A stretch of DNA of 64,000 nucleotides from Podarcis vaucheri (taxonomy: Eukaryota): the NCBI GenBank assembly GCA_965113315.1, contig OZ220372.1; one strand, written 5' to 3'. Shown piece after piece: positions 13,309 to 24,992 of the stretch (positions are counted from its first letter, which is position 1; each line of letters starts with the position of its first letter). The notes under the pieces were generated by a model. It saw only the letters and a program-made list of their open reading frames with translations, did no database searches and had not been told where the DNA came from. A program made the translations under genes and the position numbers.

Positions 13309-15274
13309 AAACACAAAGTTTCCACCCAGGAGCCCAAAGGGTGCGCAGGTGCTGAGACTTCCCCTCGAGACACCTCCCTGAACTCTGTTGCTTTTCTCTG
13401 AGGAGAGCTCTGTGCTAGTCGTGAGCTCAGCTGGAAAAAAAGCGCCGGGGTGAGTGGGGGAGAGGCTGTGGCAGGCTCAGGCTCAGGGTCCCCCTGCCAA
13501 ATGAAGAAGGACCTTTTTGGGGGGAGTAGCATCTTGGCAAGGGGACAAGATTCCCAGGCACTATCCTTCTGGTCTCCTTTTGCACCAAGTAAAGGCCTTT
13601 GTGTTCACCCCAGCCCTTTAAAAAAGTCTTATGAAACCTGGACTATCTGTGTTTACCTCTCGGGGTGCGGTTTAAATGTCTCTTGCATTTTTCTTTATAT
13701 TATGTACACACACATACAGAGAGAGAGAGAGAGAGAGAGAACGAACGAATGAACTGTCCAGGTAACATTATGTTATGTTAGAAGGTGCATAGAAGATATA
13801 TATGCATATAGATAGGTAGAAACACACAAACATACCTCTGCTTTATATATGACTGGGGCAACCCCACTTTTCAAGATTCACATTTCTGTTCCCTTTGCAC
13901 CTAACAACTTTTTCACTTCTTTGTTTACAATTTTTTTATTCTGCCTCTCCACCAAATAGCGCTTAAGGCAGCTAACAGTGATAAACTTGTTTTTTAGCTT
14001 GTTCATTTCATTTGTGAATTGCTTCTCATGAAGCATCCCAAAACACTTCAGCAATAAAAACAAATACAAGAACAAGTTTCAAGTCCAGTAAGGAGACACA
14101 TTGGATTTTTAAAAATACCCAGTAGTTGGGGAGAAAGATCTTTGGTGGGTACTGAAAGGGTGATAGAGAAGACATGCCTGCCTTATATGAAACGCAAATG
14201 AGTTCCAAAAGATGTAAAACGCTAAACATGGGTACTTCTCTGGGGTTTGTGTGGTCTGTTTTTTTAAAAAGAAAAAGTTGCAAGCTGCTTTTCTCCTACT
14301 GTATTTTCCCCTGTATCTGTAAAACTTTAGTAGTTTAATTTGTGGCGGCTTATAGCATTTTGTATGGTAGCATTTGTTTTAGAATATTTGATTCCCCTCC
14401 CGGCGTATTTTGTCCTCACAGTAACCCTGTGAGGTAGGATTGGCTGATAGTGTCTGGTCCAAAATCACTCAGTGAGCTTTGTGACTATGGGTGGATTAGA
14501 ACCAGAATGGCTGTACAGTACTTCACTTTGAGACAATGAAATCCTTTCTCAGTGATTAAAAATTCACTTGGGTCGTTGCTGCTACTTAGCCGCAGCACGG
14601 GTGCTGAGGATAAAATTGGATCAAGATGCATTGTAACCTGCCTTGAACCCTTATAAGCTAGCTGAGTTGTTATTAGGGAATGCTGGAGAAATTAGTACAA
14701 TAAGAAAACAGCTAAAGGGAATAATGTATCATTTTTCATACTGACAGTGTGATGAGTATTGCTCAGTCTGTATGCTAAATAGATCTTTTGGACAGGAAGC
14801 TCTTTTCTATATGGACAAATCTTTCAGAGACGGAGCTTCTTCCGTAGTAACACCCCCCCCCCCACGTTCCAGATACGATCAAAACAAGGAAATGGCACAG
14901 ATACAGGGAAGAGAAATCCAGCCACAGTAGAAAGATATTTCGGCCAAATGCACGCTAGAGGCCAAGTAATAAAGGTCAGGGCCACAGTCCATCACAGTTA
15001 AGCATGCTTAAGCCCATTTGATATCAATGAGCTTAAGAGTGCTTACCTCTGTACTAGATTTTATTTTTCTTCTCCTCAGCTGCACACTGAAATATGAAAG
15101 GTTTCTGTTCTTGTTTTTTACATTACTAGTGCTATCTGAGAATTTTTCAGCTATTCTGGCATATGGTAGGGTAAAAAGGCAGGGTCAACTGAAACTTTAG
15201 GTAGCAGGAAACATGAAAAAGCAGAAGGATAGACACTTGGTGCCACAAGGATCCACGAGAGGCAAAACATACAT

Positions 15275-15440
15275 NNNNNNNNNNNNNNNNNNNNNNNNNN
15301 NNNNNNNNNNNNNNNNNNNNNNNNNNNNNNNNNNNNNNNNNNNNNNNNNNNNNNNNNNNNNNNNNNNNNNNNNNNNNNNNNNNNNNNNNNNNNNNNNNNN
15401 NNNNNNNNNNNNNNNNNNNNNNNNNNNNNNNNNNNNNNNN
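15275..15440. other. Assembly gap (166 N) in the long CSNK1E intron
   Basis: Run of N. Confidence 1.
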
Positions 15441-16485
15441 GGCAGGCAGACAGAAGTTATCCCTTTATCAACACACTGTGGTCTTGATGAAAATCATTTC
15501 CTTAAATCTGCTATTTGCATCAGGAGGGAGTTTAGTTTGCATTTAGACAGTGGCTGCTATTTCAAAAAGACAGGCCAAACCCACATGCGTTAACATAACA
15601 CACAGTTTCCCCCGCCCTGAAACCAGTGCTAAATGTGGGAGTGCCGTCCTTCTTAGAATCTGAGGAAGGACAAATCATATACAAAAGATAAGTTGAATTC
15701 TAAAAAGCATCTAGAATTGATTTGTATCATCAGTTAGTACAGAGCCTTGTAAATAAGCTCAGAAAAGTTACAAGCCTTCTATACACCCACACCAAATACA
15801 CAGACAATGGGCCTGCTAAGGGCTAGCAGAGGAGAGATGACTCTGTCGCCCTCCTCCAGCAGCCTGTTACCTTGCTTTGATGGGAGTTGAGGAGATGGGT
15901 TTCTTCCTCTGGCCGCCTGTTTGTTTTCTACTGGGCACCACCAACCTGATCCGTTATCTGCATGCTATGCCTTGTCACCCATGGCTACTAGGCAAGTGCT
16001 TAAATACAAGCCTGATTATACATTTACTTTGGATTATTAACTTTGGCTTCTGTTGGTCATGGGGAAAGGTAACTATCGAAGCCTTGATTATAGGAAATCT
16101 TTGCCTACAGCAGTTTCCTCAGAATCTCTTCTTTGCAGTCTTGAGTGCCTACTTTTTCAAAAGAAAAAAGGAAGATAGCTGAAACTCCAAAGATCTTGAA
16201 TTGTGTACCAGTTTCAGTACCTCTTTTCCCTTCCATGGTTTTGTGCAACACATAGCCCTGCCTGGATCTCAGTCTTGCCACATACTTGCAGGACTCCGTC
16301 AGAGGGGATGAGCGCTGGGCCTGCTTTTTAAAATAATAAATATAAACAAATCTTCATTTCTTGGCAGGATAAGCCAAATTCTCTGTTCTGTAGCTTGTCT
16401 ATATCATCACCTTGACTTTTCTGACGTAATGCAAGCTATTGCTGGAATAGCTCTGCTTCATGCATGTGTGTGCATCTGTTTCCAG

Positions 16486-16656
16486 AACAAAGTCGCCGTG
16501 ATGACTTGGAGAGCTTGGGCTATGTGCTGATGTACTTTAACCTTGGCTCACTGCCTTGGCAAGGCCTGAAGGCTGCTACAAAGCGCCAGAAATATGAGCG
16601 CATCAGTGAGAAGAAGATGTCGACGCCCATCGAGGTGCTCTGCAAAGGCTACCCTT
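16486..16656 (+). CDS. CSNK1E: CK1 epsilon coding exon (171 nt)
   Basis: tccag acceptor, GTAAGT donor; [57 protein letters not shown]. Confidence 0.98.
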
Positions 16657-17000
16657 GTAAGTTCTTCCTTAGCATGCACAATTTGCTCATGCCCTTGCAT
16701 CTCCTACACTTAGAGATTCATTTCTCCATAAACATACTCAAATTTGTCTAGTTGCCGTCATTGCATGTGCTCTGTGACCTTGCTACTTATTTAGGATCGA
16801 GATGAACATTGTTCCTCTGATTGCAAAATATTGGGTGAACAATCTGAGTGGCTGGGGAAGCCCAGCCAGATGGACAGGCTACAAATAAATTATTGTTGTT
16901 GTTGTTGTTGTTGTTGTTATTATTATTTCAGCAAGTTCTGCCCTCAGTAGTCTAAAAACTGTAGCTAACTGGGCTGCCTCAAGAGGTAAAGGACAAGCCT

Positions 17001-17183
17001 GGGGAAGGGTCATAGCTGAGTGGTACAGTATCAGTTTTGCATACAGAAGGTCCCAGGTTCAATCCCCAGGTAAGATTAGGAGAAAGCTGTCTGAAACTTT
17101 GGAGAGCTGTTGCCAGTCAGTGTAGACTCTACTGAGCTAGATGGCTCAGCGGTCTGAGTATGAGGTGGATTCCTATGTTCCTA
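17001..17183 (+). mobile_element. tRNA-derived short SINE (Squam3-like); related copies at about 25894-26055 (-), 27691-27875 (+), 62290-62408 (-)
   Basis: A box TAGCTGAGTGG, B box GGTTCAATCCC, body GGAGAGCTGTTGCCAGTCAGTGTAGAC, tail TTCCTATGTTCCTA. Confidence 0.75.
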
Positions 17184-18206
17184 AAGCCTTGCTTGTATCT
17201 GAAGCAGTCCGCTGGGTATATGTTGGGCAAGCTCATTTCAGAGTCTCCAAATATAGGCCTCTGGGGCTTACGCAGAGCAGGATTAAGTCCATATGCTATT
17301 CCCTTTATAGAGGGAATTGGAAGCCTTAAATGTGTGTATTCAAGTATGTTAAGTCGCAGAGTGTGAGGGACAAATTTCACTGCCTATGAACAGATGCACA
17401 GCACTCTGTCTTTCCTGCTTAAAGCATGGCCTCTCCCTGTACAGCACCAATACCAGAGGTGCATGCCCTCCCAATATACAAGTCCTGAGTCTCGATGGGC
17501 CGACCTGTATTTGTGAGAGGAAGGACTGAAAATTTGGGAGGAAAGTGGAAGGGGTGGCATGCAAGCCTGCCCGTAGGTTATTTCTCTCTGGTTTTGGGGA
17601 AAGGGGGGTGAATTTGGGGGCATGTATTTGGCAGGTTTCTGTGGGAATGAACTGGAGTAAGAAGGGGTAGGAATAGTCATGTACCTGTTACCTTTGCAAA
17701 TGGACGAAATAAAAAGGGTTTTTGCACCAGGTGGTGTAAGAAATAGCCAAAATATGAAATGAACACAACCATATAATATGTTCATGCTGCTCTGGCTCTT
17801 TGAAGTTGGAGAATTTATCATTGTTTATTTAAATACTTAAAAAAAATTAAACATAGAATAGAAAGACAAACAGGAAAACTAAAACATAATAACAAACCGT
17901 AATAGAGTAATATTAACAGCAGATGATATATCTAAAGATTTAAAAGACATTAAAAGATATTAAGGCTGGTGAAATTTCTGGGGGAAACGAAAAAGGCTTC
18001 ACCTGGTGCTAAAAGTTGACAACTTAGTGCCGGGTGAGTGTCTCAAGGGAAGGCATTCCACAACTGCAGTGGCACCTCCGAAAAGGCCCCTCTAGTAATC
18101 TATAACATGAAGACTTTATGAAGGCAAAGAAGGGAACAGCAGTGCCTCATTGGGGGGACTGCTGTGCTTGATGGCAACTAATAATCTCTCCCTGCTTTTC
18201 TCCCAG

Positions 18207-18355
18207 CTGAGTTCTCAACATACCTCAACTTCTGCCGTTCGCTGCGGTTCGATGACAAACCAGATTACTCTTACTTGAGGCAGCTGTTCCGCAACCTCTT
18301 CCACCGCCAGGGTTTCTCCTATGACTACGTGTTCGACTGGAACATGCTCAAGTTT
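18207..18355 (+). CDS. CSNK1E: CK1 epsilon coding exon (149 nt), end of kinase domain
   Basis: cccag acceptor, GTGAGT donor; [49 protein letters not shown]. Confidence 0.97.
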
Positions 18356-19844
18356 GTGAGTAATTCCAGTTCTGAGCCTTTTTATTGTGTCCTGGACTCT
18401 GTGTGTGCTTGTGAGCTGCAAGTGGAGGCGAGTGGGGTGAACAACAGTGATGGCCATGCTTGAGGGTCTCTTTTTTTATTGATGGACTCTTGTGTTCACA
18501 CATTATACTACAAATTCTTTTTAGCAGCAGAGTTCTGTGTCCTGACCTCAACTGCTGTTTGTTTGTTTTTCAAATAAAAAGCATGTTCAAAACCCTGTAT
18601 GGCTGTAGAAATAAGCTTGGAAACAAGCGCATAAAGATCACACCCACACAATTCATTTAAATAATATTTAAAGTGCGTAGTTTCTTCTAACAAATCCTGG
18701 GAACTGTAGCTTGCCTCTCACAAAGCTACAATTCCCAGTACCTTTAATAAACTACATTTCCCAGGATTCTTTGGGAAATGTGTTTTAAACATATGATCTG
18801 GATGGGACCACAATCTGAGAAGACACACGATGGGGCTTCTTGTTCTGCACTGTTCCTTGTTGGACCATAGCCAAATCTTGTTGTGATGGGGCCTAAAGAT
18901 ATGCTGAAGTGGCACTGTAAATTGATGGAAAAACTTAAATGTTTAGTTGCTGTGTTCTTAGTTTTGGCTAATCATGAGAGGGAGCATGGGCTGGTGGGTG
19001 GTGTACCTTCTCACTTCCCTGAATGTTCAGCTTTCTTTTTTCTTAAGTGAAATCAGTCTCTGTCCTCAAACGTAAGTTGATTAGATATTAGATAACAGTG
19101 TAAGAACAAACCAAGCCCCTGATCTAGCAGGTCGGAGGGGGCAGTTGTACACTTGCACCTGGCCTTGCCTGGCCTCCTCCTGCAAAGGAAGTTTCACTCA
19201 TCAGCAGGAAAGCCCTTCTGCTGAGGAGCAACCTCATGCATCTGCCCAAACAGCCTGGGAGCTGGCACAGCGAACGGGCATTTACCACCACCTTCTGTCC
19301 TGCCCGGCATGATCATCAGGTCTGTGGATGCAGCGCTGGCTGCGTCACTCCACTAAGCCGCACCACTGCCCCCCATGAGTTATGGTTGCAGCATCAATTC
19401 CAAGCATTTGTGTCTCATCTAAGCGCCTTTGCACTCTGTGTCCAGAACACTGGAAGACAGGGCAAGTTACCATTTACTGAGGAGCAGCAGCAGTAGAACA
19501 TTGCCTAAACTTTTACTTCTTTTCAGCGTGAAAAGGGTAGAAACTCATTCCACTTTTTTAAAAAAGAAAGAAAAGGAAAACTGAACATTCAAGGAAGGAG
19601 CCTAAGGGGGTTCACTGTCCACCCGCCCACACTCCCTGTCATGGTTAGAAGAAATAAAGAAAGCAAAATAAACCAGCATATGGAAACTGTCCTGTATGAT
19701 TCAGTTTTCCTTCCCTCCTCCCCATAACTCTTATCTTGTTGCATGTGCAGCTAATTCTGCATATGAATAAAGTGATTTTTACCCCTCCCTTTTTTTAACC
19801 TGCTTCTAAAATCTGGATGCGTTCTGGGGTGTTTGATATTCCAG

Positions 19845-20037
19845 GGAGCAGCCCGGAATCCTGAGGACATGGATCGGGAGAGGCGAGAACACGAGCGAGA
19901 GGAGCGGATGGGGCAGCTCCGGGGTTCAGCTACGCGGGCACTGCCCCCTGGACCTCCTGCCGGAGCCACAGCTAACCGCCTCCGCAATGTCGCTGAGCCC
20001 ATGGCCTCCACACCCACCTCCCGCATCCAGCAATCTG
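19845..20037 (+). CDS. CSNK1E: CK1 epsilon coding exon (193 nt), autoinhibitory tail
   Basis: ttccag acceptor, GTGAGT donor; [47 protein letters not shown]... is the epsilon-type rather than delta-type tail. Confidence 0.96.
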
Positions 20038-20358
20038 GTGAGTAGAGGGAAGGTCACCTGCAAACCTGTTCTCTGCCATGGGCTCGTTCCTAAGTAAAGT
20101 AAATCCTCCGTATGTGTAACTACAGCTGCTCACCTTCTTCACGGCTGCTTGCTCTTGCCTTTCCCATTCCTTTCCCATTCCTCCCCCCTCTAGCAGTGGT
20201 GGTTGTGGGACTCTTGCCCCGTCTCTGCCCTGCCTTTATCCTGTTCAAAATTTAGAGTTTAAGCTCCAAGCGGAACAGACTCTTCCTCACCCCTCTTTTT
20301 CTTACATTGCTCTGCAAAAAGCATCAATTTTACAAGTTAGTAATTTGCCCCTTGCCAG

Positions 20359-20498
20359 GAAACACGTCCCCCAGGGCAATTTCACGGGTGGACAGGGAGC
20401 GGAAGGTCAGCATGAGGTTACACCGAGGAGCCCCTGCAAACATCTCCTCATCTGACCTCACAGGGCGGCAAGAGGTGTCACGAATTTCAGCGTCACAG
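20359..20498 (+). CDS. CSNK1E: CK1 epsilon coding exon (140 nt)
   Basis: gccag acceptor, GTGGGT donor; [47 protein letters not shown]. Confidence 0.96.
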
Positions 20499-21287
20499 GT
20501 GGGTTCCTACCAGCGGCCAAGTAGGGCCAGAACTGCATCCATCTGCTTGTGGGCTGTGGCTAGAATTAAGAAAATAGTAGAGTTAAGAGTCTCACCAGGT
20601 CATGCTAATCTGGTAGCTACCCAGTTGGTGCAAATCCTTATTCTGCTTCTTTGTGAGACTGCGTTAAAAATGGCCTGCTCCTCTGAAAACGATGGCAATT
20701 ACATCCTTGTGTGAAAGGGGAGAAATTACCAACCTTCCAGCTGTTGAGAATTTAAACATTCTGGCAGCCCAGCGTGAGAAGCAGAACAGCTAAGCTAGCT
20801 GTGTTGCAGGGCTTGTCATACGCTTAAGTGAAAAAAAAAGAATCTTTAGTCTGAATTCTTGTGTGAAGTGCTATCAGAATAGTCACGAGCCACCAAATAT
20901 GTACAGCAAAAATAAATTACGGCTGCTAATCTGCTTTTCTCCCGCCAAGATACATATGGCTCAGACCCATGGGGTATTTTGTAGATTAATAATAGTACAT
21001 TGAATTATGCTTGGGAGTCAGTGTTGCAGTGCAGCCTATGTGCATTCTTGTCTGCTGATGTCAATAGGAGGCTCTTGCATTCCGTACTAGTTGAACTTCC
21101 CGATTCTTTTCAAAGACACAGACCCATTGCAGTGATTTATTCAAGTCAGCAACAAATATGGATGATTTTAACCAGGGGGAAAAGGACAAAATCCTTGGAC
21201 TAGCTGGAACTGGTAGAAAAGCACTCATGGCTGCAGCAATTGCCTGCTTCCCCAAACTGGGAACAGGATCAGCCAAAGGATATGTAT

Positions 21288-21378
21288 CATAGCTGTCAAC
21301 TTTCCCCTTTTCTTGCGAGGAATCCTATTCGGAATAAGGGAATTTCCCTTAAAAAAAGGGAAAACGTTGACAGCTATA
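21288..21378. mobile_element. 91-bp hAT MITE
   Basis: TIR CATAGCTGTCAAC/GTTGACAGCTATA; perfect 8-bp TSD ATATGTAT (21280-21287, 21379-21386). Confidence 0.85.
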
Positions 21379-21735
21379 ATATGTATGTGTGACACTGTCT
21401 CCTTGGAATCTAGGAACCATCAGTCGTCATCATTGCCTCCTTTTTTGTGGATTTGGTTTTAGCTTTATTAACTAATCATGAGCTAAACAATGCTTGAATC
21501 TGCTGAAAAAGAAGTCAACTGGGAAATAAGGTTGAAGTGCATTCAGTGGCAAGCCATCTACCAGTACTTTGATGAAAATTATCCTGTGTTTGTAGGTAGT
21601 TGAATGTACTCCTTGGAAGGAGGGGGTGGGGTCTTGCTGAAACAAGGGTGGGAGAAAGAACCTGAATGACATCTCTTTACCCACCCTTGCTAAAGTCCTC
21701 TTCTTCAGCCTACTCACTTCTCTATTTGTTTATAG

Positions 21736-21768
21736 ACAAGTGTGCCATTTGATCACCTGGGGAAGTGA
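21736..21768 (+). CDS. CSNK1E: CK1 epsilon last coding segment TSVPFDHLGK-stop; exon continues as UTR to 21801
   Basis: tatag acceptor, TGA at 21766-21768, GTGAGT donor at 21802; exon lengths plus a 76-nt first exon (recalled) sum to 1251 nt = 416 aa + stop. Confidence 0.95.
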   Translation, partial: TSVPFDHLGK

Positions 21769-23393
21769 AGAGAGGATTCCACCGGACCAGTGTTTGCTTA
21801 GGTGAGTCTCTACCTAACCCCTTCTCTTCTGTCTACATGGATAGTGGATCTTCATGGGTTGATATGCTTCCTTTCTGCATGTAACCCCAGCATAATGCCC
21901 CATGGTTATAGAAATGGCACAAGTGGGATGTTTGAACAGCCCCAGCTGTTTAGAACCTATGACAGAGAGATCCAAACATTCATTCTCTCTGTGTCTCTTG
22001 GTTGGTAAATGTTCCAGGCCTAACCAGTATCACAAGGCCATTTTTGAACATTAATGGGCATGGCTAAACTTTGGCTAACATGCCACGATTAGCAAACCAT
22101 ATAGTTTATTGCTGTGGAAACATGTAACCCTAGGCATATATTAAGAGATGCCTGTTGAGGAATGCATTCACCCTACAAGCTCAGCTGCTAGGAGCTACCT
22201 AACAGTTGTAGACCTCACCCTTGAGTCTCACTCACATGAGACTCTTGAAAGATGCAATGTGCACACTTCTTTAGCACACCATAGGTTGCTTTCTTGGCCC
22301 CTTGGGTGAAATCAGTTGGTCAGAATGCTTTTTCCAAAAACAGCTTGCTCTGCACTTCCTTTACTTGGTTGTAAAGGAATATGAGACAGGTTGCTACTTG
22401 CCTTTATTGCAGAGGGTGAAGGAAGGCAGGTTAAGGGGGAAGAGCAGTGACTTGAGTCCTCTTCCCAAAAGCATGCAGATGTTGATATAGAAGTAAGCCA
22501 CTGCTGTTTTTAAAAGCAGGCCTTCATGTAGCTTACTGGACTTGGCCCTAACTCTCTAGCGCTCTTTGGATGTTCTTCCCTGTGTAATTACCATTGTGTG
22601 GGTGGCGGGGAGAGAGTGCGGATTTGTTCCCTGGCCTCACCTCCACACCCCCCAAAATCACACCATTGTAGCTTTCCCCATCGCTCCCCACCACATCACA
22701 GGGGCTGAATTTCTGAATCAGGAAGCCTGCCCTGCTTCTATAGGCTCCCTCTGTGATTATGAACCCTGATCTGAAGAAGTGTGCATGCACACAACAGACC
22801 AACACGGCTACCTACCTGTAACTAGAACCCTGATCTATCAGGGTTCTCAGTTATGCCAGGAGCCTCTTGTGGAGTAGAGCAGCCTGCCAATTGCAGAAGT
22901 TCAGCCCCCAACCTGTTTAAAGCTGCAAGAGTGTTGATGGTGTTGTTATAGAAGGAGAGAGGCCATGGAGTGTGCCCCTGGAATCGCAACACCCTTCTGA
23001 TTTAACCCGCCTTTCTTGCTGTGTAGAATTTTGACTTTTCTTTGGGAGGTGGGAAGAGGCTAACTCTCCTTGTCTGATGCTTCCAGCATTAAGTAAGGCG
23101 AGCATCTTTTCAGTTTTGGGGCTGCTTCCAGGATAAAGCAGTGCACGCCCACGTTGCAGATACGTTGTGAAGCTGAGGGAAGGAACAGGAAGCACCATGT
23201 ACACTGTTTCACAAATGTCCTTTCTAAAGAGGGTCAGTGGCACAATCGGCTGACACATTTTCACAAGTGTTGCTGCTGTGTGTAGTACTAGTAGTAGTTA
23301 TTAGTAAGATTTGTCGTAGGGTCTCCAGTGTTGGATGGGCGGAAACGTTTTTAACAATGCTCTCTTCTTCCCCCCCCCCTTTTCTTTTTCTAG

Positions 23394-24992
23394 TGTCTTC
23401 ACTGTATTTTTCTTTTAAAAAACAAAATAACAAAAACAAATTTAAAAAAAGAAAAAAAAGAAAAAAAACCCCAATTTCCCCCCCCTGCCAGCAACAAGGA
23501 GAGGAGCTGCCCTATGCTGGCGTCCATGTCTTTTCTGAGATCGTTGCCTGCGTTCCCGAGCCCAACTTGCCTTGGACAAAGTCACAGATGCAGGAGGAGC
23601 CTTGCCGAAACACCTCTGCTGCCACCGCGCAGTTTCATCTCCGTAGGCCTTGCCCCATTTCACGCCAGCAGGCTATGGCCAGCCACCCTCAGCTTCTCAC
23701 TCCCTTTTTTGTGATCTGTTTGTATCATTGGGAAAAGGAGGAAAAAAACCACACAACACAAAAATCAAACCCCCGACTTCCATATTTTTTAAAAGTTCGG
23801 TTTGTGTAAGATGAAATTTGTTTCCAGCATAATTTTAAATTCCGTTGGGATTGTGGGGGGGTTTTGGGGAGGGGAGGGTCGGGGGCGGAGGAGGCAGAGG
23901 AGGATGTTTGCAGCAGACTTTTACAATTCCAGGTCAGAATGGAGTCAAAAGCTGGCTTTAATATTCATTTTAAATGTGAACTGCGGTTTCTAGCAGGCGC
24001 TGCCTTTGTGGGTGGCAGGGGCCGGGGTGGGGCAATGGTGGAAGAAGCATCCTTTCCCTAGGGGACACCACTGCCCCTGTGTGCATTCACGGGCATGTTG
24101 GGAGATGCCGCGGGCAGACCAACGAGGCGAAGAGTACTGGCACAGCGGCAGTGCATATGGGGTTGAGGCATGTGCTGCGCAAGGCAGGAGCAAATGTGAA
24201 GGACGTGGAACTGTTGCCTGCCTCATATGCAGGCAGTGGGGGTGGGTGGGCGTCTCTTCTTTTTTAAAAAAAAATTGAAACAAAACTGCGTGTGTTTAGT
24301 TTATATTTTTTTAATTATTATTTTGTACTTCCTCAGGAGCCGGGGAGGGTGTTGAGGACAAAGGGGGAGAGGTATGTGAAAATAACAGTGCGGGGAGAGT
24401 CCCTGCTTTTACTTCAGGGGGTGGAGCCTTGTGTACCACCAGTTTCCCAAAGGACCACCCCAGCTTAGACGCACAACCTCTCCTCACGAAAAGGTTCTCC
24501 CACCCTCTGTATTCACCCCCATTACTATTTTAATTTTTTTAAAATAAAGACTTTAGGCTTTCCTTAAGAAAACCGATCCATCCTGGTATGTGCATCGCCG
24601 CAGTCGTTACCATGCCCTGCAGCCTCTTGCTTGGCACACTTTCTTAATTTTATTTTTTACTTTGGACAGTGTGGAACCATTGGAAGTGGGGGTGGGGCTT
24701 GGCATATTTGGTTCTTTTTATTTAACACACAGCTCTTTTTATTTCCCCCCCTAATTTATTTACCCTGCTTACTGTGTCTTTCTTCCTCTCTCTCTCTCTC
24801 TCTCTCTCTCTCCTTTTTTTAATTAAAGTAAAAAAAACAAAACTTTTTATTACTTTTAAAAAAAACAAAAACAAAAAACCTTGAAGAACTTTGGGGGGGA
24901 TTTTGTACTTTTTTCCTGTGTAAATATTGGACTTTTTTGAGCTTTATCGTGGTTGTTAATTTGAAGTAATAAAGTAGAAAATGATAAAGTGA
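23394..24992 (+). other. CSNK1E: CSNK1E terminal 3'UTR exon, after a 3'UTR intron at 21802-23393
   Basis: Long pyrimidine tract plus tag acceptor at 23393; junction gcttag|tgtcttcactgtatttt matches the mammalian mRNA as recalled; 3' end estimated from AATAAA at 24968. Confidence 0.8.
24968..24973 (+). terminator. Main polyadenylation signal of CSNK1E
   Basis: AATAAA preceded by U-rich sequence and TGTAAATA (24919-24926), followed by a U-rich tract; other AATAAA at 24543 and 25163. Confidence 0.7.

Noticed and set aside
13054-13320. Weak inverted similarity flanking the CR1 fragment (CTTGTGTTCAGAAT vs ATTCTAAAACACAAAG)
   Set aside because: Short, imperfect and AT-rich; cannot be distinguished from chance.
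15213-15593. 126-aa ORF
   Set aside because: Artefact of reading through the N gap.
17001-17075. tRNA gene
   Set aside because: A and B boxes are present, but there is no intact cloverleaf and the sequence continues into a SINE body; the same applies to the Sauria SINE heads.
23237-23809. 190-aa ORF as an independent gene
   Set aside because: Non-ATG start, spans a splice acceptor and homopolymer tracts of the CSNK1E 3'UTR; only its possible use as an alternative tail is kept as a low-score finding.
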